Part shown: positions 1 through 10,409 of the stretch, piece by piece
Layout of the letters: each line of letters opens with the position of its first letter
How positions within the stretch are numbered: the first letter of the stretch is position 1
Origin: a virus
Strand: one strand, 5' to 3'
IMG/VR virus record: IMGVR_UViG_3300028854_000012
Span: 1-64,000 of that record
Length of the DNA: 64,000 nt
Translations under genes and position numbers: made by a program
Notes under the pieces: model-generated
The model's input: the letters and a program-made list of their open reading frames with translations, nothing else
What the model was told of the DNA's origin: nothing
The model's database searches: none

Positions 1-81
1 AAAGACACGGTAGATGGAAGTTGCAGACGGTTCCAGCTAAGCGGCGGCATTCTTGTCGGCACCGAAATACCTTGTCCATAA
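1..81 (+). CDS. 3' end of a truncated gene, probably a tail/fibre-type protein (…KDTVDGSCRRFQLSGGILVGTEIPCP*)
   Basis: Frame open from base 1 to TAA at 79-81, followed by AGGAGG RBS of the next gene; product guessed from context only. Confidence 0.5.
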   Translation, partial: KDTVDGSCRRFQLSGGILVGTEIPCP

Positions 82-93
82 GGAGGACAAAAA

Positions 94-423
94 ATGAAAA
101 AAGTACTTTTACTCGCGGTTCTGTTTATGGTTGTCGGCAGGGCGTCTACCCCTGCCCAGACAGCACCTGTTGCGCCGCCCCTTGCAGCTTGTACCTTTAG
201 CCATCCCGAATCTAAGCCGACAATGTTTGTGCCTCGCATCCAGAAATCCTATGGGCTGCTCACTCTCAACAGTGCTGGTGATCCTATTCTCATTCACCCG
301 GCTAACAACACAGTTGCAGTTCCAACTTCAGTCACAACAACCCCTTGCATCACACCCAAGAAAAGTCTGATTTATCTGCTGACCACACCAGTTGCACAGC
401 AGTTGAACACGGGCACGAAGTAA
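94..423 (+). CDS. Secreted hypothetical protein
   Basis: AGGAGG RBS; signal peptide MKKVLLLAVLFMVVGRASTPAQ; GC-richer than the rest of the window. Confidence 0.75.
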   Translation: MKKVLLLAVLFMVVGRASTPAQTAPVAPPLAACTFSHPESKPTMFVPRIQKSYGLLTLNSAGDPILIHPANNTVAVPTSVTTTPCITPKKSLIYLLTTPVAQQLNTGTK

Positions 424-433
424 GAAGGGAGCG

Positions 434-556
434 ATGGATCGGTTTTTATTGAGTGCGGCGATTATAATAGTAATAGGTGCAGCTATCTTTATTGTGGCCA
501 TGGTTCGCGCAGATATAAACGATCCGCACCGCTGGCATAAAATCAAGAACAAATAA
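434..556 (+). CDS. 40-aa single-TM membrane protein (MDRFLLSAAIIIVIGAAIFIVAMVRADINDPHRWHKIKNK)
   Basis: GGGAG RBS, ATG 434, TAA 554-556; hydrophobic stretch; not in ORF track. Confidence 0.6.
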   Translation: MDRFLLSAAIIIVIGAAIFIVAMVRADINDPHRWHKIKNK

Positions 557-675
557 ACCGCGCCACGGAGGGAGCGAGCGGCGAGGCTCCGGTAATCTGG
601 GTGTGGGAACAAAGATAGTAACATGCCCATAATAAAATTAATTATTAGATAGCTAGAAGAATATTAGGAGATAAA

Positions 676-1050
676 TTGAAAAACATATTACTTATTTTTA
701 TATTTTTAGTTTGTTTTTCGATTAATTGTTTATCTCAAACAATAGTTACAGAAAAAAAAGTTATAGATAAGAAATTTATTTTAATCAATGCTGCTCATCT
801 TGCATCTGCTTTTTTAGATGTAGAAATAACACATCATTGTATTTCCGATCATACGTGTAGAGAAGCAAATCCTCTTATGCCTTCTTCGTTGGGTGGTCAA
901 ATTGCTGTAGATTCTGCTTTAGTAGGATATGGAACTTTTGTAAGTTATAAACTTAAAAAACAAAATAATAGATTATGGTGGGTAAATCCAACTTTGGGAA
1001 TAACTTCTCATACTGTTGGTATCACTATTACTTTAAACAGAAAACAATAA
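676..1050 (+). CDS. Secreted/membrane hypothetical protein (CREANP motif)
   Basis: AGGAGA RBS, TTG start, signal peptide, hydrophobic helices. Confidence 0.7.
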   Translation: MKNILLIFIFLVCFSINCLSQTIVTEKKVIDKKFILINAAHLASAFLDVEITHHCISDHTCREANPLMPSSLGGQIAVDSALVGYGTFVSYKLKKQNNRLWWVNPTLGITSHTVGITITLNRKQ

Positions 1051-1052
1051 GA

Positions 1053-1058
1053 TAAATA
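1053..1058 (+). promoter_or_regulatory. TAAATA late promoter (representative; also + strand at 1521, 10387, 17831, 20316, 21673, 22512, 31214, 31701, 32296, 38711, 57744, 60726, 61980; - strand at 60632-60637, 43252-43257, 57665-57670)
   Basis: TAAATA recurs just upstream of structural/virion genes; resembles the T4 gp55 late promoter TATAAATA. Confidence 0.75.
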
Positions 1059-1063
1059 ATAAT

Positions 1064-1498
1064 ATGAACAACACCTATCAAACTGTATGGAATCCAATAT
1101 TGAATGCTCTCCCCCAAAATCAAAGAGGATATTACAAACTTTCTATGATTGCTGCGGTTGAACGTAGGAAAGTTGGAACTAATAGTTTTCGACCACTTAA
1201 CATTGTTGCTAATACTGTCAGCCCACAAACTGGAAATCCATGGACAACTTCTAATATTTCAAATATCAGTTTTTCTGGTCAAGAGGTTCCAAGCGGAAAT
1301 ATTAATGGAATAAACACAAATTTTACACTTGCTCATGGAACTGTTGATCCTCTTACCTTATTAATAACTATTAATGATCAACCATTGGTTGATAATATTA
1401 ATTTTACTGTATCTGGAATATCAAAACAAACTATTACATTTACTACTGCTCCACCAAACAAATCAAAAATATTTGCATATTATGCATATGGGACTTAA
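1064..1498 (+). CDS. Virion structural protein with a beta-rich 'EVPSGxINGxNTxFTL…TITFTTAP' module
   Basis: Late promoter 5 nt upstream; same module occurs twice in the 2938-aa protein. Confidence 0.7.
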   Translation: MNNTYQTVWNPILNALPQNQRGYYKLSMIAAVERRKVGTNSFRPLNIVANTVSPQTGNPWTTSNISNISFSGQEVPSGNINGINTNFTLAHGTVDPLTLLITINDQPLVDNINFTVSGISKQTITFTTAPPNKSKIFAYYAYGT

Positions 1499-1548
1499 AA
1501 ATCCATCTATTTTCTATAGATAAATACTGTTAGAGGATTCTATTAGTT

Positions 1549-4500
1549 ATGTCTAATTCTGCTTCATTTCTTCCGCCATATCTCCAAACCACACCAAATA
1601 AAAGATTTTTGGGGTCAACTCTTGATTTATTAACAGCACAGGCTGCTGTAACAAGATTTGATGGTTATATTGGTGAAAAAATATATAACGGCGAAGTTCT
1701 CGATGGTAATTATTTGTTGGAAAGCACCCCTCTTAGACAGGCTTATCAACTTGAAGCTGCTTTTGTAACTAAAGATATTAATCAAAATATTACTAAAGTA
1801 TCTAATTTTATTGATATTCTTAATGCTAGTGCAAACAAAAATGCTATTACTTCATCTTGGAATAGATTGTTAACAAACAATATGTATAGTTGGCAAGGAT
1901 TTAATAATTTAGATAAAATTATAAACTATCAAAATTATTGCTGGCTTTCTACTGATATCAGTTGGTATTGGAATAATAGTATTCTCATTCAACCAATTAA
2001 CAATGTTACTGAAGATATCATTGGACAACTTCAATATACTGATCCATTTGGTATTACATTGATGGATGGAATGATTGTGTCTTTTCCTGATTCACAACCA
2101 TATCCATTTAATACATCTAGATATATTGTTGAGGGAGTTGGTTTAGAAATTACTCTTGTTCCTGTCACAAATATTATTACTCCTGCTTTTGTTAAGGACC
2201 AAAACAATCCACCGGATTATATTACTATTGCCAGAAATGCGATTGATCTAAATTTATGGTCACGAACAAATTTATGGGTTCATAAAGACACAATTAACAG
2301 TGTTATAAACATTTTAGCAAGTCAACAAAATATAACAAATATATCTCAATCTTTTAATTTTGCAAAAAGACCAATAATAGAATTTACTCCACTGATATTA
2401 TTCAATTCTGGAAAAATTGGTCTTAATGCTATTAATTATTTTGATAATTCCACAACTGATGCTTTTTATATAATTCAAGGACAAACAAATTTTGAATGTG
2501 ATGGATATCAATTAAATACTGGAGATTCTGTTATTTTTAATGCAGATCATAATCTAACCATTCGTCAAAATGTATATAATATTAATTTTGTTGATACAAA
2601 TAGAATAACACAGATACCAAGATTATATCCAGTGCAAGCACTATCTAATTCAAATATTTCATTGTTTGGTTTACAAACTATTGATGGATATATAACTAAT
2701 ATTGGGGATCGTATTTTGGTTCTTGGGCAAACAGATCAAACTAAAAATGGAATTTATATTGTATCTCAATTAAATTGGACTTTATCCGATGATTTTACTG
2801 GAAATGATCAAGTTGGTGTTTTTGTTTTATATGGACTTGTTAATAAACTAACATATTATATTTTTACTCCTGCAAATATTATTTGTAATCCTATTATTGG
2901 TTCATTAACACCAACAGCAAATTCTCAAATTTATACCATATCGCTTGTTCCAGACCCCAATACCTTACTTATCTGGGATAATTTTCCAATGATTCCAGAA
3001 GTTGGGTATACTATTTCTGGTTCAACTATAACTTTTACTGTTGCTCCCGATCCATCTGATGTTTTATCGTTTCAAGCATGGCCAATTGGAACAGCACCTA
3101 TTACTACACCTGTTTCTGGTGTTCCTGCTGGAGTTCAAGACGGTATTAACACTGTTTTTACTATACCAACACCACCAGATAATAGCACATTGTTAGTATG
3201 GGATAATTTTCCATTAGTTAATAATATTGGTTATACTTTATCTGGAACTGTTCTTACATATACATATGCTCCTGCACCAACAGATAATTTATTTTATCAA
3301 TATTGGTCAAAATGGGCACCGAGTTCTGCTCCCGTTGCACAATTAGTTTTGCGTGATACCGCACAAAATAAAAACTGTGTGATTGTTACTTCTGGAAAAA
3401 CATATACAGATGACATGGTTTATTGGAATTCATCATTTTGGAATATTGCATCTCAAAATAAAACTAGTATTAATCAAACTCCAAAATTTGATATTTTTGA
3501 TTTATCTGGAAATAGTTATGGAAATAATATAATATATCCAAATACTAGTTTTATAGGTAGTGAACTGTTTTCTTATGAAATCGGAGTTGGAACCAATGAT
3601 CCAATTTTAGGATTTCCATTATCTTATGGACCCGTAGGAAATCTAAATGATGTAATTTTTGATAATAATTATACTACTGATACTTTTTCATATACTGGTT
3701 TATCAATAGCACAACCAATTATTAATGGTCGTGCTCATTCCATTGATCCAATTACTTATAACGAATCAATATTTGATCCATGGCAATATGTCAATAACAA
3801 TTTAGAATTATATCAAAATTATGTAACTATTGGTTTGTCAACTATTAGTTTTAACGGGACACTGTTAATAAAATCTACACCAAATTCACAAGCAACACAA
3901 GTATTTGTTGATGGAACAAAAATAGAATCTTCTGAATTTATTGTAACAGAAAGCAATGGAAGTATTACTGTTACTATTAGTAGTGAAATAAATTCCAATA
4001 GTATTATTCTTATTAAAATTTTAAGTAGCACACCAATTCCAAATGCATGGTATGATGTCCCTCCTGCCTTTGATCATAACCCATTGGGACAAATGTTATC
4101 AAACTTTAATATGGGGCAATTTCGTCTCCACGCTACTACAATACAAAACAATTCAAATGATACTACTGGAATTATTAATTTATTTTTAAAGGAATTTCAA
4201 GGTGTTCCGGGTAGTATGTTATTTCAGGAAGCAATCAGTATACTTCCAACATTGTTATTATGCGATAATAATTTTAATATTGATCAAGCTATTCGAACAG
4301 CATCCGATGATTATGTTTTATTTAAACAACGATTCATTAACACTGCTTCACAATTAACAAATATTGGCTCATTAACTATTAAGCAAGCAGTAGATCAAAT
4401 TTTACAAAAAATTGCAACAACTAATATTACTGGCCAACCATGGAATACCAGCGATATGTGTTATTGGGGTGGAGCAACTAAAAATATAACAGTTACGAAT

Positions 4501-7500
4501 ACAAACTTAGTTACTTATAATCTTCAACAAACATATAATTTTACTCAACCAAATAGTTTGGAATTACAAATTTACAAAAATAATTTACAAATGATTTTTG
4601 GTATTGATTATTCTGTATCCGGTAATATTCTTACTATTATTTCTCCATTATCATTAAATGATTTACTTTCAATATATGAAATTTCCAATACCAATGGTAA
4701 TTATATTCCAGCAACTCCTACAAAATTAGGATTAGCTGCTGCATATATACCTCAAATATATATGGATTATACTTATCAGATACCAAGACAAGTATTACAG
4801 GGTCATGACGGAAGTATTACGACATGCTATGGAAATTATATAGATACTTTAATTTTGGATTACGAACTTCGGGTATATAATAATTTAAAAGTTAATAATC
4901 AATTTTTATTTAATACTATTCAAACACACGTTCCAGATGGTGGTCGTTGGAGAAGTGAACAAGCTATTTCAAATTTATCCATTGCTCCATATTCTCCAAG
5001 TGAATTATTAACTATTCAACAACGTATGTTTTATGAGTGGACTTCAGAATACAACATAAATTCTTTTAACAGTTTTTATGATGAGACTGATTTGTTTACT
5101 TGGAATTGGAGTAGCAGTCTTGATAAATTAAGTGATCACGAGCCATTATTAGGATATTGGCGCGGAATATATCGTTGGTTTTATGATACAGAATATGTTA
5201 ATATTAAACCATGGGAATCATTAGGTTTATCAGTTAAACCATCTTGGTGGGACGAAACTTATGGACCGGCTCCTTATACTGGTGGAAACACTGTTCTATG
5301 GGATGACATTGCTGCTGGAATTATTCGCGATCCAAATGGAATTTATTATAGTCCATATGGACCAAAAATATTTAATTCTAACTCTGTAACTTCAGTTATT
5401 CCTGTAGACAGTTTTGGTAATTTATTGGACCCAAATGATAGTATTGTTGGTGTTTTTTATAATAGAACTGCTAATTATAATTTTGTTTTTGGTGATGGTG
5501 GTCCAACTGAAGAAGCATGGAGACGAAATAGTGTCTATCCATTTGCTAAATTGCGTGCTCAAATTTTACAAAACCCGTTATTTATGTGCGGGTCACTTTG
5601 GGATACAAATAACTATCTACCAACAAATGGATATAATCAATTTAGATATCAAAATAATTATCTTGGAACTATTGATCAAATCGTATTAAATAGTGTTGAT
5701 AATAATGGTTCTGCGGTAGTAAACAGTATATTAAATTATAGTATTGAATATCTTCGTAAACAAGGACAAGACCCATCACAATTACGCGAAGCTATTAGTA
5801 ATACTTCTGTTCAATTAATGTATCCTCTTGGTGGATTTTCTGATCCCAATGATTTAACTGCCTATGGTTCTCCAAACAATCCAACAGATGTTGGAGCAGC
5901 AGAATTAATACCAGTCCATGATTATACTCTTTTCTTAAATAAAAGCACACCAACTGGAACATTAAATTATAGTGGATTGATTATTTCACCGGTTATTAGT
6001 AATGTATCTATATTCTCATCAAACATTGCTCCACCAATTAATGTAACTGTAACTACTGCTACAATTGAAGCAACCGCTAATATTTGTCTTATGACCGCAG
6101 GAACTACCTATGTTGGTGGTGAATGGGAAGAAATTACCTATGGTAATGGACCATCACCAATCGAAGGAATTCCTGAAATTGGTCAAGAATTAGTTGTAGG
6201 AGCTTTACCCAACCAAGAGGGAGACTGGATTTATACAGGGTTAATAAGCAATGATGATCTTGCTTTTGCAAAATTAACTTGGGAAGGAACCCCTCCCGCT
6301 GGAAATGCCAATGGTATTGGAATTCCAATTATTGTGCCATCCGTTAGCTCCGTAGTTAATATTGATTTTACCCTTAATCCATATGGAAATGGCGGTGGAT
6401 CAGATTCAATTTTAAATTATATATCTGGAACTAATCTAACCGCTACTATTTTATGTAACTTGTTATTTGTTGGCGGGCCGGATTCGGGTGTTGGTCAGAC
6501 ATCAATAGTTCTTCCTTTAAATATTCCCGGAACAATATTAGATGTTCTGGCATTTAATACTACAGATTATATAACTTATACTACTGGAGACGCTTCACTA
6601 AATCCAGACAATGTTATTCATGCAAATGTAACATGGTCCGGTATCCCCCCCGCTGGAAATTCAAATGGTTTAGGTGTTCCTATTATTGTTCCAAATGTTC
6701 CAGCAACCGTAACCATTGGTTTTAACTTAACATTTGGTGGTGGATTATTTAATGAAGGGGTTGTTCAAATCGTATTTTCTGGAACAGGTGGTCCAATTGT
6801 TTTTGCTGATGGAACGTGTCGTGTTGTTTTTACTTCCACAACTACCTCTAATACCTCTAATACATCATCGCAATCAACACAAACATCATTTGAAATTATT
6901 AATACTGGAACCTATCAAATTACTGGTTATAACAATATAAACCCATTTTTTACTATATATCCAGCAAATACATATGGTCCATCAATTCAAATTGGTGTAA
7001 AACCAAACTTTTATAAATATCCAACCAAATTTTCTTCAACGCCAAGTGTTGTAGCATATAATACTATTTTTCCAGATATTCAAAGTGTTATTAATTTTAT
7101 TGCTGGATATGAGGCATTTTTAATTTCAAATGGTCTTACTTTTATTACAAATGTTTCACAAACACAAGTTGAATGGCAATCAGCAGCTATACAATTTATT
7201 AAATGGTGTTTAACAAACTGGGGAGTTTCTCCAGTATTATCATTGATTTTAAATCCTAGTTCCTCAATTATTCAATACAATGCTACGTCTGGAACATTAT
7301 ATGATCTTACTGATCCACTAAGTAGTTTGGTTCTCGATGTTAATGGGGATACTATTACAAATAAATTTTTAGATGTGTATCGAGATGTTAACTCTGTTAC
7401 TATAACTCATCAAGGTGGAGGAATTTTTGCTTGTGTTGAAGCAGATATTGTTAGTTATGAACATCGAGTAGTTTTTGATAATATTACTGCTTTCAATGAT

Positions 7501-10365
7501 ACTATATATGATCCTATATCCGCTATCCGACAAACTAGACTTTCTTTTTCTGGACAAAAAAGTGCAAACTGGAATGGAACACTAGATAGTCCGGGATTTT
7601 TAATTTGCACAAACAACGTTCCATTATGGATTCCAAACAAAGATTATTTATTGGGTAGTTTAGTTCAATGGAAAAATAATAATTATATTGCTACCCAAGA
7701 TACCATTGGTGCGCCTACATTTCAATATAGTCAATTTCAACTTATTTCTACGATATTTACAAATAATATATTACCAAATTTATCACTTAAATCAGTTGAT
7801 TATCTTAATGCATATAATATTAACTATCGACCATTCCTTACTGATTTTATGTCTTTACGTAATAACACCATTGGTTATATTGAAAGAGATTGGTTAACTA
7901 TTTTAGACATTGATGCTGGTGGTCAAACAGATTTTTATAAAGGGTGGATAAAGGAAAAGGGTTCCTTAAATTCTCTTAATAGTTATGGACGAGGATCAAC
8001 GTCACAATTAAACACGATTATTGGTATTAATGAAGAATATGCTATGAAAATTGGTGTTTATGGTAGTGATTTAAGAACAGGTTATGGAGAAGTTAGTCTA
8101 CCACCTATAATCAATACCCAAAATCCATTGATAATTTCGTTCGTTGATTATTCAAATTCAAATGATACGAATAGTATTCAAGTTACACCAAATAGCCTTT
8201 ATGAGAAATCTTCTAATTGGACGAATGATTTTATTCAAAATTATGGAAATTTAAAACTAAACACAAGCAATTTCACAAGCGGTGGACCCGTAATACCACA
8301 AGCTCTTGTTACCTTGGCGAAAAATACTGTTCCAGATTTTATTAAATCAGATGAAAATTCGTTAAATTTTTCATCTTTTAATTCAATGGTTGCAGCACCA
8401 CAAAATAGTATATTAAAAATTGCTGAAAACGGCGGTAGTTTCTGGATTGAAAATAATAATCTGATTGCTGGTTCAAATCAATGGGATGTTATTACTTTTA
8501 GTTCTGTCAGCACAGAAATTTCTTCTATCACACAACTTAATAGTAACACTATATGTTTTATATTATCGACTAATATTGGAACTGTGGCTAACAGCGTCAT
8601 TGTAATTGATTACACTGACTTTAGTTCTAATATCTCTATTTCTGGATCATTTATTGTCAATGATTATTTTATAGCACCTTTTAGAACTGCAAATAGCAGC
8701 GGATATTCTAATCTTACAATTACAACTACACCAAATCAATTTGGAAATATATTTGTAAATTATGCAAATTTAGTTCCAACTAGTGGAATTTATGTTTCTC
8801 GAAGCCTTCGTGCAAATAGTATTGCCGAAGGAACAACTATTGATTTAGATTCTACACAATATGTAATAAATGATGCTACTGGAGAAGCAGCTTATAATTT
8901 AACAGCACCATATCAAACAGAAATTACTTATTCTGATGTTTTAGGTGGTATTCCAATTGGTTCCATTGCATATGATAGCCCAAATCAAATAGTTTGGAAT
9001 GGGAAACCATCTGCAATTCCATCTGGTATATTGGAACTGCGTGTGGTTGGCTCTAATATTTTATCAAATGGAAATATATTACCTACAATTAATACAGAAA
9101 TTTATACCATTCAACCAAAAAATCCATATTCAATAAATTTTGGAAATGTTTTAGTTGCTGCTAATAATTTCGCGGCGGCTTCGGCAGATACCGACGGTCA
9201 ACCGGGACAAATTTATATATGTAACAATGTTATAAGACATGCTCCAATCGTAACACAAATATTAAATGGAAATACATTAATTCCATATAAAGTTACTAAT
9301 ATGGCTATTAGTGATGATGCCTCATGGTTATATGCTGTTGAACAATCCAATGGAAATATCAGTGATATTGCAGTATATGCGCTACAAAATAATCCAAATA
9401 TTAATCAAACTTGGTTCCCAACATATACTATTATTCCAACAGGCGCTAATTCATCTATAACACTTGGAGAAATAATTCCAAATGAATATGCTATAACTGT
9501 TTCTATTACAAATAACATAGATTATTCCAGTCGTGTTTTGATACCGGAATATGAATATACTACAGTTGGAACCATAATTAACGTTAACCTAACCACTTCT
9601 GGAATTGCAAATATTAGTGATGCAAATAACACAATTGCTGTAACAGGAATATCTAATTATTATCAATATCAAGGAACAATCGTTGCCGCTGATTATGGTT
9701 TAACTGAATTTACACCACTTAGTCAATTTGGTGCATCTATTGCATGTGATTCCGACGGAAAAACTATTGCTATAGGTGCTCCTAATAATCAAGGAAATGT
9801 TATTGTTTTTTCACGTATTATTGAAAATCAATATTCTCAAAATGGTGGTTTAATAACTCCATTTAATTCATATGATACTATTACAAATATTAAAGTAAAT
9901 GGTTTATCAGTTCCTCCGACACCCAATGTCATTGTTCAAGCCTATAGCTTAATTCAATTTGAAGGTTTTTGCTTCAATGTTCAACAAATTATACCTGCTC
10001 CAAATATATTTGATAGTGGTTTTGGTAGCAGTGTAGCAATTCAAAACAACCAACTTGTAATTGGAAGTTCTAATTCTACAATCGGTAATCAATATAATAA
10101 AGGAACAGTATATGTATATGCACTTGATACAAGCATTACTAATTCAAAAATTATTCCAATTTCTGATTTGGTTTTATCTACTACCCCGTTTATGATTAAT
10201 GGTTGGTTAGTTACACCTCTTAATGCAACAATAAACGGCTTGATTGATGCTATAAATATTACTAGTGGATATACCGGAATTACAGCAGCAACCAGCAATT
10301 CAAATCTAGTGCTTACAATAACTCCAACTCTTCAATCAACTGGTTTGGGTAATTTAGGAGCCTAG
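1549..10365 (+). CDS. Giant virion structural protein (baseplate wedge/tail-associated, 2938 aa)
   Basis: Long N/T/I-rich ORF, late promoter + GAGGA RBS, C-terminal FG-GAP-like 'FGASIA…IAIGAP' repeats, tail-protein-like insertions. Confidence 0.8.
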   Translation: MSNSASFLPPYLQTTPNKRFLGSTLDLLTAQAAVTRFDGYIGEKIYNGEVLDGNYLLESTPLRQAYQLEAAFVTKDINQNITKVSNFIDILNASANKNAITSSWNRLLTNNMYSWQGFNNLDKIINYQNYCWLSTDISWYWNNSILIQPINNVTEDIIGQLQYTDPFGITLMDGMIVSFPDSQPYPFNTSRYIVEGVGLEITLVPVTNIITPAFVKDQNNPPDYITIARNAIDLNLWSRTNLWVHKDTINSVINILASQQNITNISQSFNFAKRPIIEFTPLILFNSGKIGLNAINYFDNSTTDAFYIIQGQTNFECDGYQLNTGDSVIFNADHNLTIRQNVYNINFVDTNRITQIPRLYPVQALSNSNISLFGLQTIDGYITNIGDRILVLGQTDQTKNGIYIVSQLNWTLSDDFTGNDQVGVFVLYGLVNKLTYYIFTPANIICNPIIGSLTPTANSQIYTISLVPDPNTLLIWDNFPMIPEVGYTISGSTITFTVAPDPSDVLSFQAWPIGTAPITTPVSGVPAGVQDGINTVFTIPTPPDNSTLLVWDNFPLVNNIGYTLSGTVLTYTYAPAPTDNLFYQYWSKWAPSSAPVAQLVLRDTAQNKNCVIVTSGKTYTDDMVYWNSSFWNIASQNKTSINQTPKFDIFDLSGNSYGNNIIYPNTSFIGSELFSYEIGVGTNDPILGFPLSYGPVGNLNDVIFDNNYTTDTFSYTGLSIAQPIINGRAHSIDPITYNESIFDPWQYVNNNLELYQNYVTIGLSTISFNGTLLIKSTPNSQATQVFVDGTKIESSEFIVTESNGSITVTISSEINSNSIILIKILSSTPIPNAWYDVPPAFDHNPLGQMLSNFNMGQFRLHATTIQNNSNDTTGIINLFLKEFQGVPGSMLFQEAISILPTLLLCDNNFNIDQAIRTASDDYVLFKQRFINTASQLTNIGSLTIKQAVDQILQKIATTNITGQPWNTSDMCYWGGATKNITVTNTNLVTYNLQQTYNFTQPNSLELQIYKNNLQMIFGIDYSVSGNILTIISPLSLNDLLSIYEISNTNGNYIPATPTKLGLAAAYIPQIYMDYTYQIPRQVLQGHDGSITTCYGNYIDTLILDYELRVYNNLKVNNQFLFNTIQTHVPDGGRWRSEQAISNLSIAPYSPSELLTIQQRMFYEWTSEYNINSFNSFYDETDLFTWNWSSSLDKLSDHEPLLGYWRGIYRWFYDTEYVNIKPWESLGLSVKPSWWDETYGPAPYTGGNTVLWDDIAAGIIRDPNGIYYSPYGPKIFNSNSVTSVIPVDSFGNLLDPNDSIVGVFYNRTANYNFVFGDGGPTEEAWRRNSVYPFAKLRAQILQNPLFMCGSLWDTNNYLPTNGYNQFRYQNNYLGTIDQIVLNSVDNNGSAVVNSILNYSIEYLRKQGQDPSQLREAISNTSVQLMYPLGGFSDPNDLTAYGSPNNPTDVGAAELIPVHDYTLFLNKSTPTGTLNYSGLIISPVISNVSIFSSNIAPPINVTVTTATIEATANICLMTAGTTYVGGEWEEITYGNGPSPIEGIPEIGQELVVGALPNQEGDWIYTGLISNDDLAFAKLTWEGTPPAGNANGIGIPIIVPSVSSVVNIDFTLNPYGNGGGSDSILNYISGTNLTATILCNLLFVGGPDSGVGQTSIVLPLNIPGTILDVLAFNTTDYITYTTGDASLNPDNVIHANVTWSGIPPAGNSNGLGVPIIVPNVPATVTIGFNLTFGGGLFNEGVVQIVFSGTGGPIVFADGTCRVVFTSTTTSNTSNTSSQSTQTSFEIINTGTYQITGYNNINPFFTIYPANTYGPSIQIGVKPNFYKYPTKFSSTPSVVAYNTIFPDIQSVINFIAGYEAFLISNGLTFITNVSQTQVEWQSAAIQFIKWCLTNWGVSPVLSLILNPSSSIIQYNATSGTLYDLTDPLSSLVLDVNGDTITNKFLDVYRDVNSVTITHQGGGIFACVEADIVSYEHRVVFDNITAFNDTIYDPISAIRQTRLSFSGQKSANWNGTLDSPGFLICTNNVPLWIPNKDYLLGSLVQWKNNNYIATQDTIGAPTFQYSQFQLISTIFTNNILPNLSLKSVDYLNAYNINYRPFLTDFMSLRNNTIGYIERDWLTILDIDAGGQTDFYKGWIKEKGSLNSLNSYGRGSTSQLNTIIGINEEYAMKIGVYGSDLRTGYGEVSLPPIINTQNPLIISFVDYSNSNDTNSIQVTPNSLYEKSSNWTNDFIQNYGNLKLNTSNFTSGGPVIPQALVTLAKNTVPDFIKSDENSLNFSSFNSMVAAPQNSILKIAENGGSFWIENNNLIAGSNQWDVITFSSVSTEISSITQLNSNTICFILSTNIGTVANSVIVIDYTDFSSNISISGSFIVNDYFIAPFRTANSSGYSNLTITTTPNQFGNIFVNYANLVPTSGIYVSRSLRANSIAEGTTIDLDSTQYVINDATGEAAYNLTAPYQTEITYSDVLGGIPIGSIAYDSPNQIVWNGKPSAIPSGILELRVVGSNILSNGNILPTINTEIYTIQPKNPYSINFGNVLVAANNFAAASADTDGQPGQIYICNNVIRHAPIVTQILNGNTLIPYKVTNMAISDDASWLYAVEQSNGNISDIAVYALQNNPNINQTWFPTYTIIPTGANSSITLGEIIPNEYAITVSITNNIDYSSRVLIPEYEYTTVGTIINVNLTTSGIANISDANNTIAVTGISNYYQYQGTIVAADYGLTEFTPLSQFGASIACDSDGKTIAIGAPNNQGNVIVFSRIIENQYSQNGGLITPFNSYDTITNIKVNGLSVPPTPNVIVQAYSLIQFEGFCFNVQQIIPAPNIFDSGFGSSVAIQNNQLVIGSSNSTIGNQYNKGTVYVYALDTSITNSKIIPISDLVLSTTPFMINGWLVTPLNATINGLIDAINITSGYTGITAATSNSNLVLTITPTLQSTGLGNLGA
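6052..6840 (+). repeat. ~260-codon module duplicated at ~15523-16299
   Basis: Near-identical DNA/protein, e.g. WEGTPPAGNANGIGIPIIVPSV…GGGLFNEGVVQIVFSGTGGP…CRV in both genes. Confidence 0.9.
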
Positions 10366-10409
10366 AAAAACAATAATTTACGAGCCTAAATAATAGTAGA
10401 GGAATTTCA

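Noticed and set aside
6085-6840. Intein/Hint domain suggested by 'CLMTAGTTYV' at the start of the duplicated module
   Set aside because: Spacing differs from the intein N1 motif, the second copy reads CPMTAGD, and there is no TxxH or terminal HN-(C/S/T)
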